64,000 bases of DNA from Macrostomum lignano (lineage: Eukaryota), in the NCBI GenBank assembly GCA_002269645.1, contig NIVC01003474.1, positions 32,138 through 96,137 of the forward strand, read 5' to 3'. The position numbers were made by a program, and so were the translations under genes. This document shows, piece after piece, positions 1 through 13,300 of the stretch. How positions within the stretch are numbered: position 1 is the stretch's first letter; the number at the start of each line of letters is the position of its first letter. The notes under the pieces were generated by a model, which saw nothing but the letters and a program-made list of their open reading frames with translations, ran no database searches and was not told the origin of the DNA.

Positions 1-624
1 AGAGGGAATAGAGGAGAGAGAAGAGGAAAGATAAGATGAAAGATGAGATGGTAGAGAAGATAAGAAGAGAGAAAAAGGGAAGAAAGAGTGGAGATTAGAA
101 AAAAGAAAATAGAGGGAAGAGACGAGAGAGAAGTTTCGAAGGACCTAAGGAATGGAGAGAGAGGCCAGAGGCCAGAGTCCAGAGCTTGTAACGCAGGTTT
201 AGACAGATGTGGCCTGTCATCGACATCATTCCGCGCGGCACCCCAGCCGAAGAGATCCAATGCTTGCCTCAAATTTTGCATCTGTGGCAGTCAGTTAAAA
301 AGCTGCAATTGGGAATCAGCATTAGGGCCGCAGTTTATGGGGATAAAACGGCTTATATCAATTTTGAGTCCCAAGAATGAAACAAGCATGACTTTACATT
401 TGAGCGAATCTCTAGGAGATGATTCTAAGCCCGATCAGACAGGAATGTGTTTTAAGAATGTATGCAAAAACAGTCCCTGGATTGGAATTCAACGGGTTCA
501 AAATCAAGCTTGTCTATATATATATAGATATGAATACTCTGTCTGTGTGTCTGTGTACAAAGTTGATCACTATGGACTCCCAAACCGCAAATATTGTGTG
601 TAATAAAATTGTTGAATTCAGACA

Positions 625-2095
625 ATCACTGCCTAGTGCTGCCTGGAGGGCCATTAACCAGCTGACTGGCAGGAAGCCCAGGCTCAACATAATATTCGGT
701 GCTGATTCCACCGAGCACCGCAAGGCCTTGCTGACCACCCACTACCGCGAGGTGCTCAACGCGCGTCTTCTGCCAATCCCAGACTTCGCTCCAGCCCAGC
801 CAGGTGCCTTCAACACCGGCCCCTTCACTTCAGGCGAGGTTGGCCGAGCGCTGACGACCATGCGAGCTGATGCCGCTTCTGGGGTTGACACCATCCGTCC
901 CAGGGTCCTGAAGCTGCCTGAGCTCCACTCCAAGCATCACCAGCTTGCTGAACAAGCACTGCAGCCTTGGAGGCTACGAGGCTGCCCCAGCTCCTCAGCA
1001 ATGGCGCACCTCCAAGATTGTCTCCACCAGCCTCCACCAGCCTGGACAACCAGCGGGGCATCGCTCTGGAATGCACAACGCCGAAGCTGCTGACCGCAAT
1101 TCTGCACATCCGCCTCCTGCCCGGCCTCAACCCGCTGCTGCTGAGCCAACAAAGCGGCTTCCGTCCGGGCAGGTCCACCACCGAGCAGGTTGCCACCATC
1201 CGCTCTGTCATCGAGGCCTGCAATACTTGCCAGCGTTCCGTGTCAATCATCTTTGTCGACTTTTGCAAGGCATTTACACGATAGGTGTCCAGGCCTGCAA
1301 TCGGGTGGCTTCTATCTCACTATGAAGAAACTGCTGCGCTGGTGAGCGCGGTGATGGACCTCTACCGCGACTCCAGGGCCTTTGTCGATCATTTCGAGCG
1401 ATGGCATCACAGAACAGTTCGGCACCAGCTCAGGCGTCCTTCAGGGCGACACGCTGGCTCCCCTGCTTTCCTTCGTGGTTGTGGACTACATTTACGTGCT
1501 TCGTCGGTCCCTTCGCGAGGATGACAGCTACTTGCTGGTCTCACGCCGAAGCTCCAGACGCCCTGCTGTTTTGCTTCCCGCTCTCCGTATGCTGCCCAGT
1601 GGGCTCTCACAAGGCTCTGCGACGTGGGTGCCCGTGTTGGGCTGCTGGTGAATTCTCGCAAGACAAAGGTGCTGCACGTGGGCACGAATACCGCCCCAAA
1701 CTCTCACGCTGCGGTATGCGAGGACTTCCGGTACCTCGGCGCACTGGTGATGAACCTCGATGCGATTTTCTCTGACAGAAAGAACCAGGCCTGGCGCGCC
1801 GCGCACCTCCTCAGGAACATCTTCGATTCAGCTGCCAGAGACGACCTGAAGGTCTGACCTGTTCTGTTCGGCCGTAGAGCCGATCCTCTTGCAGGGCATG
1901 GAGGCGGTGCGGCTGACCGTCACGCGAAGGCGAGCCCTGGACGCGCTCTACCGATCGCTGCTGCGCTACGCGCTGGGCGTGCACCACGCGGAGCGCCAGC
2001 CGACATGCGCTGGAGCACCACCCTGAGCGCTATCCTGCGCCGGCGTCGTCAGATGCTCCTGGGCCACTGCCTACGGACCCTGGACCGCGGTGTGC
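625..2095 (+). mobile_element. Degenerate non-LTR retrotransposon RT fragment (RTE-like), copy A
   Basis: Frameshifted RT motifs: FTSGEVGRALTTMRADAASGVD, GIALECTTPKLL...QQSGFRPGRSTTEQV...IFVDFCKAF, GVLQGDTLAP, LLVNSRKTKVL, CEDFRYLG. The YADD region appears truncated after TATGCTG (~1587). Clade assignment is inference. Confidence 0.88.
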
Positions 2096-2454
2096 AACAG
2101 ACAACAGAAAACAGGAAACAGACAGCACAGGTAGCTCCGCACAGGCCAGCAGATCGAGTGCAAGTGCGGCAGAAGGAGAGCAAACCCAGAATAGAAGCCC
2201 TCGATCACAGAAAAGATCAATCCCGTCGGCTCAAGGTTGGTGTTATTTTTCAGCTCTCTTTTTTCTATTCTCTTCTCTCTCCCCACTCTCCTCAATCCCC
2301 TCTTCTCTTATCTTATCTTCTATCTTTTCTGTCATCTCTCGCCTCTCTTCTCTTCTGTCATCTCTTATCTTCTATTCCCTACCCTATCCACTCTCATCAG
2401 ATCTGCAGCCATGAGCTGGATTCTTTATCTGGCCCATGACGTAAAAAGCTTGCC

Positions 2455-2545
2455 TATCCTTGCTCCACTGGAGCTTGCGGGAACGCCATCGCCGCACAAC
2501 CTCCAGTTAAAAGTGGGTGCACCAATTATACTACTTACTGCGCAA
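2455..2545 (+). pseudogene. Helitron-type PIF1 helicase fragment, copy A
   Basis: PILAPLELAGTPSPHNLQLKVGAPIILL resembles the Helitron helicase motif GxPxHxLxLKVGxPIxLLRN. Only about 30 codons are recognisable. Confidence 0.55.
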
Positions 2546-3721
2546 TGTAAATGCCAAGCAACTCTTTTCGAATTGGATTGAGGCAAAAATCGTGACAGAA
2601 TCTGGCAAAGGGAAATCTTTGTCTCTGACTTAGCTGAGCTGGTGGGTTGAAATGATCTGACGGAGTCGATGACTTGCAATAATTGCGCCTATTCGGACTA
2701 ATGAAGCTTCTGTTGAATGTAACTATGCTGTTCCATCCTTGGAGTCACAAAGTAATCATTTTGGATCCTTTCTATAACGCCATCGGTGCCACATTGAGAG
2801 TGTTTGAGTTGATAGAGCGGATCACAAATAGCAATCACAAATGTTTAAGAATCCTCTCGAATCCTTGATCAGGAGATGAAAAAGCTATTTTTTCTGGAAA
2901 GGTTTTAACGGGAAAATACATAATTGCTTAACAAATTGGGGCACATAGTGAAGCCTGGTTCTTGCAAATAAAAAATCCAAGGCACGAAAAGTACCCCCAG
3001 TTTTCCCTAGTCTTTTGGCTTATCTAGCTATTTTTATTGAAAACGAAACGCAAGCAGGTGTTTTACAAGCAAATCGACTGTTTGCTAAAGCTTATACAGT
3101 TACAGCACGCTGGAACATGAGCGCTAAATTTTTTTGGTGCGCAAACAAGAAGCTGTCACACCAGCCTTTATCATCGCTTTTATACTATGCATGAATGGCG
3201 TGAAGGTGTAAAAAAGCCGGATGGTAAGCTCACACGTGGCCTTGAATTTGTACAGGCAAAGCTTAAACTGTGTGATGCCGCGTGCGTGACTATAACAGCT
3301 TAGCTGTTCAATCATTCTCTGGATCGCATAACACATGTGTAGGAGACACAGTTTGTCGAAAAGCGAAAACGCAACACCAGGCTTCCGGCAAACACACGCG
3401 CGACACGCAATATTGTAAGGCAGCTGATACAAGGGACACAACTGAGAATACAGAGACACGTGAATTGCATTAATAATTCAAGACCAGCCACTCGAAATTC
3501 TAAGCATCCAGCAGTGTCTTTCACAGGACAAAGGACAAAACACCCAATAAAATGAAGATGAGTTTGCAGCCCACTGATCTGGCTTAATATTTCTATTGCC
3601 GGCAGAGGCGTTACGAGCTACGTTGCATGGTTTCATGTCAGGTTCGTGTGTCTCAAGCAGGCTCGTAGGTTTGTAAACAAAAAATGGTAAAACGTTATCT
3701 ACGTGTAAGGGAGCTCTCTCC

Positions 3722-3944
3722 AGGGGTTGCTTTCACAAACGTGAAATTTCACAACCGCTAAATCACCTACTTTCATTAACGCGAAATTTCATAACCGCGA
3801 AACTTCACAACCGCTAAATGTCATCTACTTTCACAACCGCGAAACTTCATAACCGCGAAACTTCACAACCGCTAAAAAGACTGCCGTATATGAAAGTAAG
3901 TGCTTTTAGCGGTTGTGAAATTTCACGCTTGTGAAACCCACCCC
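3722..3944. mobile_element. MITE-like inverted-repeat element with internal ~16-bp subrepeats; contains the empty AAA^TTT site (3744-3749)
   Basis: Left tttcacaaacgtgaaatttcacaaccgctaaa pairs with right tttagcggttgtgaaatttcacgcttgtgaaa. Internal aaccgcgaaacttcac repeats. No clear TSD. Confidence 0.65.
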
Positions 3945-5379
3945 TCTCTAGGACTTGACTTGAGCCGGTGCTGCTGTGGTACGTACGAGCGACCACGAGA
4001 CTCGAATAATGAATAAAAAACTGAAAACCTGGTTCTCTACATGGATCGATCCGCCCTTAGTCTTGTTGGATTTTAAATTGACTTCTTCCCTTGTTGGATC
4101 CGGACTTCCACCAATAGGCCCTGAAACGTGGCGACTGTCCATCATGAACTGCTGTGGGCTTCATATCGGAGTTGCCTGGATGCTTGGGTCTTAGGGAGCT
4201 CAGGGAGCGTAATCTCGGATCCAGGCTCACTCACCATGTCTCTGTCCTCAACGATATTGTACTTTCACCGCGCCATCTGATTACTTTTCACCTCTGAAGT
4301 CAACCTCCGAACCGTAGATACGATTGGTGCACGGAAAAAGACCTTTAGTATGACCTTTCCTTCCCTTCTGCTATGGAAGTGTTGCTGACGATACTGAGAC
4401 TACATACTTCTCATGATTCCTTTCCAGTACCAAACAGACATAGAGCCCGTTCTATAAAGCCATCGTAAGATAAGATCGTTCTTAGCTCCCATCTCCGCAG
4501 TGTAAAAGTTCCAACTTACGCTACGACAGCTTTATAGTACATGTACGACCCCAAAATGCTGACTCCAGACATCGAGTCTTGGGTGTTGGAATATTCGCTA
4601 GGCAATATTTATTTCTCTGAAAGCGTTCTCCAACGATACGATCAAGGGTGTGGTCATGCTAGCTAGGCCCTCTCGGTGAGTAGCCTAGGTGATTCACTCC
4701 ACTCATTCATGCAGCAGCGAAAGAAGATCAATAGCAGATCAAACGCAATATAGCAAAGAAGCAAGTGGGGTTCATTCGAGTGTAATGTATTTCGGCTAAA
4801 GTAAAAGGAACTATTGACAGAAGCATCATTGCTCCTCAGTTGCTCTACTGATCGATTAAGCATCTCATCGATCAATACTTTCCCAAATTTTCATCCAACA
4901 AGCAAGGATAGTTTTCAAGGAGATTGATTGATTTTCAAATCTATGGAAATTTTTCCCAACGAAATGTCCCGTTGTTAAAACAATCCGATATTGGTGAACT
5001 GAAGCAAATCAATTGAAGGCTCAATTAGACAGAAAACTGTAACAATGGCGTGTGAAAGATCAAATGAATGGCACATTTCCGTTCTATACTAAAAACTGTG
5101 GGTGTAAAAACTCAAAGGATTAAACAGATTCCAATCGGCCTTGCAATTGTGAACAGAAAACTCGATGCATCGTTAAAAAATCTAGAAAAAGTTCGCGAAA
5201 ACCAATGGGAACACCTCACAGCTGCAAAATAGGCTAGGCTATTCAGCACGCACCTAACCTTGAGATTTTTGGGTATAAATATCAGCTCAAACCAATCATG
5301 CACTCGAATGCTGAAGAATCGAATTCATGCTTCATTCTTGCTGAAGCAACACTAAGATTGCTTTGTTCAAACCGAGCAG

Positions 5380-6422
5380 ATGAACGAAACTAACTCTAGC
5401 AATCCTCAGGAGCCCTGGTTCCACGACCCCACCTGGAACTGGTTCATCTGGAACGTCTTCGTCTGGCTCTTTCCGCTGCTCTGTCTGGTCGGAGCGGTCG
5501 CGAACGCCGTTTCCTTCTACGTGATCGTGTCCAACAGGAAGTCGTTTCCCTACGTCACCAGGCAGTACCTCACCATCATCACTGCCAGTGACTTTCTCAT
5601 TCTCACGTGCAAGGTGAGCACTCACTACTTTGGCTACATGGCATTCTACGTGAAGACGAACAAGTGGACCTGGTTTACTAATCCGAGAGGCTGGGGAATC
5701 GCTTGGTGCATCGTGTACGACTTCTTTACTATGGGCTGGTGGGATCCCAATTCTTCCAACTGGGTCTCACGGTGGATCGGCTGATTGCGGTAGCGGCTCC
5801 GATGAAGGCCAAGGTGATTCTGACGCATCGGAGAAGCTGGGTAATGCTGAGCCTCATCACTGCAATGGCGCTGCTACTGCCTATCATGTTCGTCGCGAAT
5901 CGGACGTGGAACGACGCCACTAACAACTGTGGATTACGAAGTGTCAACTATCTAGTGAACGTGTACCAGCCGGCCGAGTTCTACTTCGGCAGGGTGTTCC
6001 TCGTTCTGGCGCTGACGTCGGGCACGGTGGTCATCTGCGTGCTGCTGGCCTGGAACAACAGGACCGCTCGGCGAATGCACTCCGACACGGCCGGCTCTGA
6101 GCAGCAGCAGCGGAGCAACCGAGAGCGACAGAGGTCGCTTGTTCGGATCAGCCTCATGCTGGTCTTCATCAACGTCTTCTTTCTGATCACGTCTCTGCCG
6201 TGGAGTGTAAGCGCCCTGCTAGAGCGCGAGATCATCGAGCGCATGGGAGAGAAGTTCAACTCTATAATATTATTTCACTTCAACTCGCTGCTGTACGTGA
6301 ACAATGCTCTGTCCTGGGTGACGTACTTGATGGGACGAAACTTCCGAGAGGCGTTTCGCCGAGTGTGGCTGTCCCTGTGCTGCTGCTGCTGCGCCTCCTG
6401 CCGTCGTCGAGTGTACACTTAG
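5380..6422 (+). pseudogene. Intronless class A GPCR paralogue 1, frameshifted
   Basis: ORFs 5380-5784 and 5703-6422 together match the intact paralogue at 25903. There is a 4-nt deletion at ~5728 (ttctttactatggg versus ttctttacatactatggg). 7TM pattern with LTVDRLIAV. An assembly error cannot be excluded. Confidence 0.85.
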
Positions 6423-6922
6423 GGCAGCAGCTCGACGGCCAGCACTGGGCAGAGCGTTCGTTGGAGCCCAAAACCTGACTTGGAGGCTGATACCTAACAC
6501 CTATTTAGCTCGTTTGATGGACTAACTGGATCGCTTTAGAGCAGCTTGACTTGCACCGATTTTTCATCGCAATCAGTGCATGCGAACAAAAGTGGCTGCA
6601 GTCTGCGGTTGATGGCACTGGTATTGAGATAATTCAAAAGCAAACAGCAGCTAGGTGTATGCGTTGTAGTTTAATGAAAAATGATTGATTGAAGCCTCTA
6701 TTTTGTCGAGTGCAAATAAGTATAGCTAAGTACAAGCTACGATAGGAATTCAAATTGCGAAGCCCAGAGACGAGAGAGAATGCTAGTACGGCATCAAAGA
6801 AAATTACGTTGAAGAAATCGAAAAACGAATTTGCTCTGCGCGCATTGCAAATAACTATTGCTGTGTGTCCATGGCAACTATTACCAAGTTCCTTTTAGTC
6901 TCTGTCTGCACTAGTAAATATA

Positions 6923-7663
6923 GCTTTTTGCAGCCCATTTGAGCCTACGCGCACTAAATTTAATCCAAGATACGTTTGCCAATGTAATGGAGCTTTTGTC
7001 TATGGTAGCAAGGCTGCCACAGCGGCATTTGATTTGGTCCAACAAGCATCAATTTGGTCCAAACCTCGTGAGCCATTCGGGAAATTCTTGCCTTCTCGCA
7101 ACCGTCTGCAGGTTGTTCCGTACCGCTGGAATATCAGCGTCTCTACCAACAATTTTCAGTCGCTTTTTCATAGCCCTGCCAATAGTCGAAATCCGATAAC
7201 CAACTGTAGCTGTTCCTTCAACTTCTGCTGCATTTTTGCTCCGTTAACAAAGGGTTCGTCTCAACTGCATCGAGTAGCAGTTGGACCTGAGGCTCTCGCA
7301 ACTTGCCTTGGCGATTTCCACCCTTTCGCAGGCGACGTCTGCCGCCAGTGGTTTCAACGCGCTGATGGATGCTGTAAACCATCTTTTCTGCAGCCTCGCA
7401 ATGTTTTTTTGGTGTTCACCTCTGTCGAGTGCTTCGATCACAAGCCAATGGTTCGACAGCCTAGCACATGGTCCACAATTCTGGGGCTGATCTTGCTCCT
7501 CCGCAGCAGTTGCAAATGAAGCTATGGACCGAATTGATGCTTGTTGGATCAAATGAAATGCTGCTGTGCCAGCCTTGCTACCATAGACAAAAGCTCCGTT
7601 ACATTGGCAAACCTATCTTGGATTCACTCCAATGCGCGTAAGCCCAAATGGGCTGCAAAAAGC
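6923..7663 (-). mobile_element. Internally deleted Tc1/IS630-family DNA transposon
   Basis: ~135-bp imperfect TIRs (gctttttgcagccc...gggctgcaaaaagc) flanked by TA at 6921-6922 and 7664-7665. The minus-strand interior gives frameshifted GGNRQGKLREPQVQLLLDAVETNPLLT...ISTIGRAMKKRLK...PAVRNNLQTVARRQEFPEWL, like a Tc1/IS630 N-terminal DNA-binding region. No DDE domain. Confidence 0.75.
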
Positions 7664-8652
7664 TATTTTTGTGTGACTCGTAAACCTAAGCTGCAGCTTT
7701 TAGAGAAAAACCAACACTAATTAGCACCTAATACACTTTTCCCTGTAAATTAATTGATGCTATATTCTAATGATATTCATCGACTCTATCAACTGATTTA
7801 TGCAACATTTATCCAGGACTTACAGCCATTACTATACAAAAAGTCAGTATCCATGCCCTTTTGCGAGCGCGTAAAAACCCTTTAACAATGAGAGTTTTAT
7901 TCAGTCCAAATGCATAAATTTTGCTCCAAGTGAGCGGGTTAAAAGAAAAAATCTGCGATTACTTTTTTGGAAAAGACTTTCAGAAACTTTTCCTGATGAA
8001 GACAAAAATCTGGTTCCGTCAGAATTGAACGGCAAACAGTCCGCTTGTCAGCATTGTCCGCCCAACTCCGGATAAACCGGTTGAATCGTTCTTAGCAAAG
8101 AGTTTTTTCTTTCCGGCTTGTATCGATTTATACGTTTGTTTTACTAGGCCATGCTTCCTGTGGAGTTCAACTTTTGAGCAACTTAAGTTTCTGTTGACGC
8201 ACGATTAATTGACTCTCGCTGACGCGTCAATTAAAACTTATTTGCACCAATGAGGAAGTAATTTCTAAAGACAAATAGTAACCTTTAAAAATGACGATTT
8301 GTCGAATGCTGAGATAATTTCCGTAGCATTGTCGCAGCCTGACTTACGACTGATTCCCGTCGCCAAGCTAAACAGCTTTTTGTGTGCCGCACTGCCACCT
8401 ACCTAAGCTTGTCTTCCAAGCGACCCCTATCATCTTCGTCCGTCTTGTTGATTGAAGTTCAAGACTTGCACAGCAGCCGTGGCAACTTGTACCTACCTGT
8501 GAGATCAAGGTGGGTCGATGATTTTTGCAGCCATCTAAGGCCATGCATAGTTTGGAACGCGTTTTTGCGCGAGGCTCTGTCTGCAGTTTATTTCGTTCTT
8601 TCTGATTGTTTCTGTCTGATTTCTGTTTAGTTCCTTCGTGGCCTTTGAGCCT

Positions 8653-9023
8653 TTTTTTTTTTTTTTTTTAGAGGCAGGGGGGTTGTGTGCACCCTGGCGC
8701 ACTTTAATTGCGACATAGGCACACAACCGGCGAGAGGCATTACTGCCCATTCCGCCGACTCCCCTGAGCAGGCATACAAGCGCGCGGATACGTACGCAGG
8801 CACACACTCACACAGGAGTGTACAGCGGCCCTAACTTTATATTATCGTTAGGCATGTACACTTCACTGTGCCTCGGGGGGTTGGCTCTCAAGGCCGTTAA
8901 TTGCACGAGCAGAGCCAAGCCGAGATTCCAATTCAGCCCCAAATTAATGTGACTGCACTTGGAATCGAGCCTGGGTCGCTGGCACACCAGAGCAGCTGCG
9001 CTACCGCTGGGCTACGGCCCCCC
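8653..9023 (-). mobile_element. tRNA-derived SINE, full length with poly(A) tail and 14-bp TSD
   Basis: Minus-strand head GGGGCCGTAGCCCAGCGGTAG...GGCTCGATTCC (A-box and B-box-like). Poly-T on plus at 8652-8669. TSD tggcctttgagcct at 8639-8652 and 9024-9037. A second copy lies at 55592. Confidence 0.88.
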
Positions 9024-9504
9024 TGGCCTTTGAGCCTGCTTTTGTTTGGTTGTGCGTTTGAAAGACTTAATGACGAGTATCCGGCCCCGCTGATCGAATT
9101 CTTGTGCTAGTTTGATGCTTTTCGTTTTCTCATTGCGAAGGAGATGCAATTGCGAATGAAGTCTCATTGCGAAGGGACTTCCACATGGACATACCAGTAT
9201 CCATGTACTATAACAAACTACTATAAAATTTATCGTTACACCAGGACGTAAGTTTTCTGTTACTTAGCACTAAATTGGAAACCTCTTAGCATTGTGGCTT
9301 CGAGAAGTGCAAAATGTGCATTTAAAATCTTACATGCTAGAGAATGAAGAGTTCCACAACTAAAAAAACAATTAAAAACCGAAATTGCTACTTTAAGTAA
9401 AATATTAAAATATCTGAGCATTATATTTTTTAGACAATAAAAGTGGAATCAGTAAAGTCTCACCTTTTCCAACTTATTAAATGCGCTCATATTCAGCAAA
9501 GCAA

Positions 9505-10382
9505 GCGATTCTCATTCTCACGTGCAAGGTGAGCACTCATTACTTTGGCTACATGGCATTCTAGTTAAGACGAACAAGTGGACCTGGTTCACCAATCCGA
9601 GAGGTTGGATACTCGCTTGGTGCAATGTGTACGACTTCTTTACCTACTATGCTGTCATGGGTGTTCAGTTCTTCCAACTGGGTCTCACGGTACATCGGCT
9701 GATTGCGGTAGCGGCTCCGATGAAGGCCAAGGTGATCCTGACTCACCGCAGCAGCTGTCTGATGCTGAGCCTCATCACTGCAATGTCACTGCTACTGCCG
9801 ATCATGTTCGTCGCGAATCGGACTTGGAACGACGCCAAACACTCATGCGTTCTACGCAGTAAAGACTATCTAGTGAACGTGTACCAGCCGGCCGAGTTCT
9901 ACTTCGGCAGGGTGTTCGTCGTTCTGGCGCTGACGTCGGGCACGGTGGCCATCTGCGTGCTGCTGGCCTGGAACAACAGGACCGCTCGGCGAATGCACTC
10001 CGACACGACCGGCTCTGAGTAGCAGCAGCGAAGCAACCGAGAGCGACAGAGGTCGCTTGTTCGGATCAGCCTCATGCTGGTCTTCATCAACGTCTTCTTT
10101 CTGATCACGTCTTTGCCGTGGAGCATCGGCGCTCTGCTCGAAGTCCAAATTCTAAATAAGCTCGGACTGAACTTCTTCATATTGATGATGCGGCACTTCA
10201 ACTCGCTGCTGTACGCGAACAACGCCCTGTCCTGGGTGACGTACTTGATGGGACGGAACTTCCGAGAGGCGTTTCGCCGAGTGTGGCTGTCCCTGTGCTG
10301 CTGCTGCTGCGCCTCCTGCCGTCGTCGACTGAATGCTTCAAGCAGCAGCTCGACGGCGAGCACTCGACAGAGCGTACGTTAG
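9505..10382 (+). pseudogene. Class A GPCR paralogue 2, 5'-truncated pseudogene
   Basis: Homology to the 25903 gene begins only at TM2 (LILTCKVSTHY). There is an indel near 9547 and an in-frame TAG at 10020-10022 where the paralogues have CAG. Confidence 0.88.
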
Positions 10383-13300
10383 GACTCAGACCGAGCATGA
10401 TTGCAGGGTCTTTGAGCTGCTTGACTCGTGAACTGACAGAATTTTTAATACGTTTTCGAGAATCAAGGCAATCTTTATTTCTTTTTTGGCTTCAGCTTTA
10501 ATGAGAAAGTTTCTGTAAATCTCTGGTTATTAGTCTTTACTGGCTACTTTCTGTCCTTTTTTCTTCTGGCTGTGCTCAGTTCGTTCGCTTTTGCCGCCCG
10601 AAATGGAAAGTTGAGCATGTTAATTAGCTGTCAGTTGCTTAGTTTGTCTGCTTTGTGAAAGCGGCTTTGAGGAGCGACAAATCAAGCTGAGATGCAATTA
10701 ACCTGGCTGTTTTTTTATAGCAATTGAGGTTCAGCTGTAAGATCCGAGTTTCTTAACTCTGTGCTCAACGTCCGAATGTAAAGCATGTGACAACTGGTCA
10801 CATATCGTTAGATCGCCTGGCCTAAAACTTACGTTGCACTGCTGACTTACAGTGTGCATAACAGGTTAGAAGTCAACAACTTCAAATTGATAAAATAGAT
10901 TGGAGTAAATTCATGGATAAAATCGACAGAGAGAAAAGATCAACAATGGAATTATACCTATCTCTAAGACAAGTGCGTCTCTATAGAAGTTTCCCTTATC
11001 GAGTTCAGCGCCTTTTGTCGATATCGAGCAACCTTTTTGTCGAGAGTTCGCTGGAGTAACTAAAGCATTTGGCATTTGGCTTTGGTCTTTGCAGTCAGCT
11101 CTGGGCAAGAGCTCTTTCCCTGGCACTCATCAGCTATCACCAGCAAGTTATGTAGCTATCAACTTTCATGTGAATTTATGCTAAAAATTACAGAGCCAAC
11201 CTAATTAGTAAAACGTAGCCTTAGTTTATTTTCGATAATTTTTCATATGTGAATACGAAAAAATAGGGCTATATTGTACGACTTTACATCCCCGATTATT
11301 TTTTTAGTTGTTTTTTAGTTAGTTTTTCAACCAAAAATTCTCTTATTTCCTGATCGGCCTTGCACAATCCTTTTTTCCGAACACCGCGAGGAAGGGATTC
11401 CACTCTGCCATCGAATCGAAAGTTGGCAGCGATTCGGAATGCGGTTGTTTTTCTGATTTGCAAGATTCTTGCAGCTTCTGCGATGGATGACCATTGTTTA
11501 ATCGAGTGAGGGACAGAGAACTATAAAATCTCAGTCCGATTCCCGTACTTTTCCCGTATTGAATGTCCAAAGTTATTGTCTATGGCTAAGCCTCGCTCAG
11601 TAGACATTGCTAAACTGCTAAAGTCCATGACTAGGGTGTGATCTGAGGCCTGGCTTGAATGTCTTTGGCATCCCATCTTGATATTGTCCAAATTCCCATT
11701 TAGATCGTCAGAAGCGAGACTATGGATTGCTCATCGGAAATAATCTATGGTCAATTTGGCTTCTCGAAACTTGGAATTTACCTCCTTAGGTATCTATTGG
11801 CTGATGAAAGTTGAAAATAATCCCCCGTAGGGTTTGACTCGCTTTTGAGTCGTCAGGATGGGGAAATCCAAAGATCGGGGTGTGAGCTTGACTTTCGATT
11901 TCATAGAATATTGTTGCAGTACACAGATAAGCAGCCAAGCTGAAGTTGCTCCCTCAAGCTCAACAACTCAGAGACATGCACGCTGATGGGATCGCTCGAG
12001 TAACATGTTTACTCGAGGTGACGTTGGCCTGCTGCACCTACATAGAATACATGTACATGTACACGTATACTTTCAAAATCTGTGACACACATGAGGCACT
12101 AATACAACCTTGTAGGCTCGTGCATACATTTAAATCATCGCACCAAACGAACCGTGACCACACCCATGCAGGTCCCCGAGGCACATCCTGTGACGCTGTT
12201 TTTTCGTCTCTTTTTAAGACCTTTTGTACTCGTACATGTAGCAGTGTGTGTGTGTTTTGCGGCTGCTACTTGTACGTCTCAAGTTATTAAACTAGTATAG
12301 GTTCATTTATCGCTATTCTATTCATACTACAGCTAGATTGTCTAACTACTGAAGCCAGTCATCCACAAAAAAAATGGCCGTTAAAAATAAAAAAATCGGG
12401 ATTAAAATGATTTTCTGAAGCAAATGTGCTAAACAATTCAGTTTTATTACGTCTGCACATCAGGGAGTGAAAACCTGATGCCATTAATCGTGCACTGACT
12501 GCCCCCAGTTCGGCTTTGGAAACAAAGTGTCTCAAAGAAAATTTCAGTAGGAGGTCGTCGTGATCTTCACCCCGTCATGTACCAGGAATGGCCTCACAAC
12601 AGTGCGGACCAGATCATGATTCCATTGCCTTTTTATGGTATGCACGTGCATGGTTATAGGAGTCTAACCGGATGGCGCCCAGCTCTGGCCCAGCCATCAG
12701 TCTTGAAGTCCCTCTTCCATTTCAGACGCCTCTCACGATAACTTTTGGTCTGCAACGGCCTTGGCAAAGATCGTGAAATGCTGTGCGATACTGCCCCTTC
12801 GGCCCCGATCCGGCTCAAACAGGGTCTCACTGCACAGAACACAGGCAACCTCTTGCTTGATCTGACACCGAGACACTAGCTTGAAATTTTTGGAGACAAC
12901 GTTGCCCACCCTGCTAGCGTCAGCGAACTTGATTGTTGGATGGTTACGACTAATATTGGCTAGAAAATGCGATCTTTTATTAATATGCTGAAAAATTATC
13001 AAAATTAGCGGAATTAGCGGATGAGCAGTACCTTCGATAGTTTGGACTTAATTTCGAGGTCTGCGTCTGCTTATAATGCGGTCCAATACAAAATTTAAAA
13101 ATAGACAGCGGACAATCAGCTACAAAAGTCAGCGTTCCTCAACTTGGGGCCATGGGGCTCGGTCAATCTGAGCTTTTTTGGACAGTGCCATGGTTTTTAG
13201 CTTGCCCATTATGGCTCCTGGATGTTGTCAGAGTCGTGATTGCGATAACACTCGTAAATTCCTATCATATTAAACTGCGCAAAAGCTTAAGTTTGAGCAA

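Larger units (their letters stand above)
1..6460 (+). repeat. Segmental duplication, copy A (begins before the window)
   Basis: Near-identical to 15172-18960 plus 24320-~26985 by direct reading (position 1 agagggaatagagg matches 15172). Same order in both: GA-rich tract, RT fragment, Helitron scrap, MITE, GPCR. Confidence 0.93.

Noticed and set aside
88-603. 171-aa ORF (and its copy at 15259-15690)
   Set aside because: Starts in a GA-rich low-complexity tract, has no recognisable motif, and its 3' end is not conserved between the copies.
3120-3480. Cys-containing short ORFs as a piggyBac-like C-terminal domain
   Set aside because: Cys spacing does not fit convincingly and there are no TTAA-bounded ends.
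12733-13002. Possible BED-finger/hAT remnant (ACVLCSETL...IAQHF)
   Set aside because: Only a CxxC and one His; no TIRs, TSD or further transposase motifs could be established.
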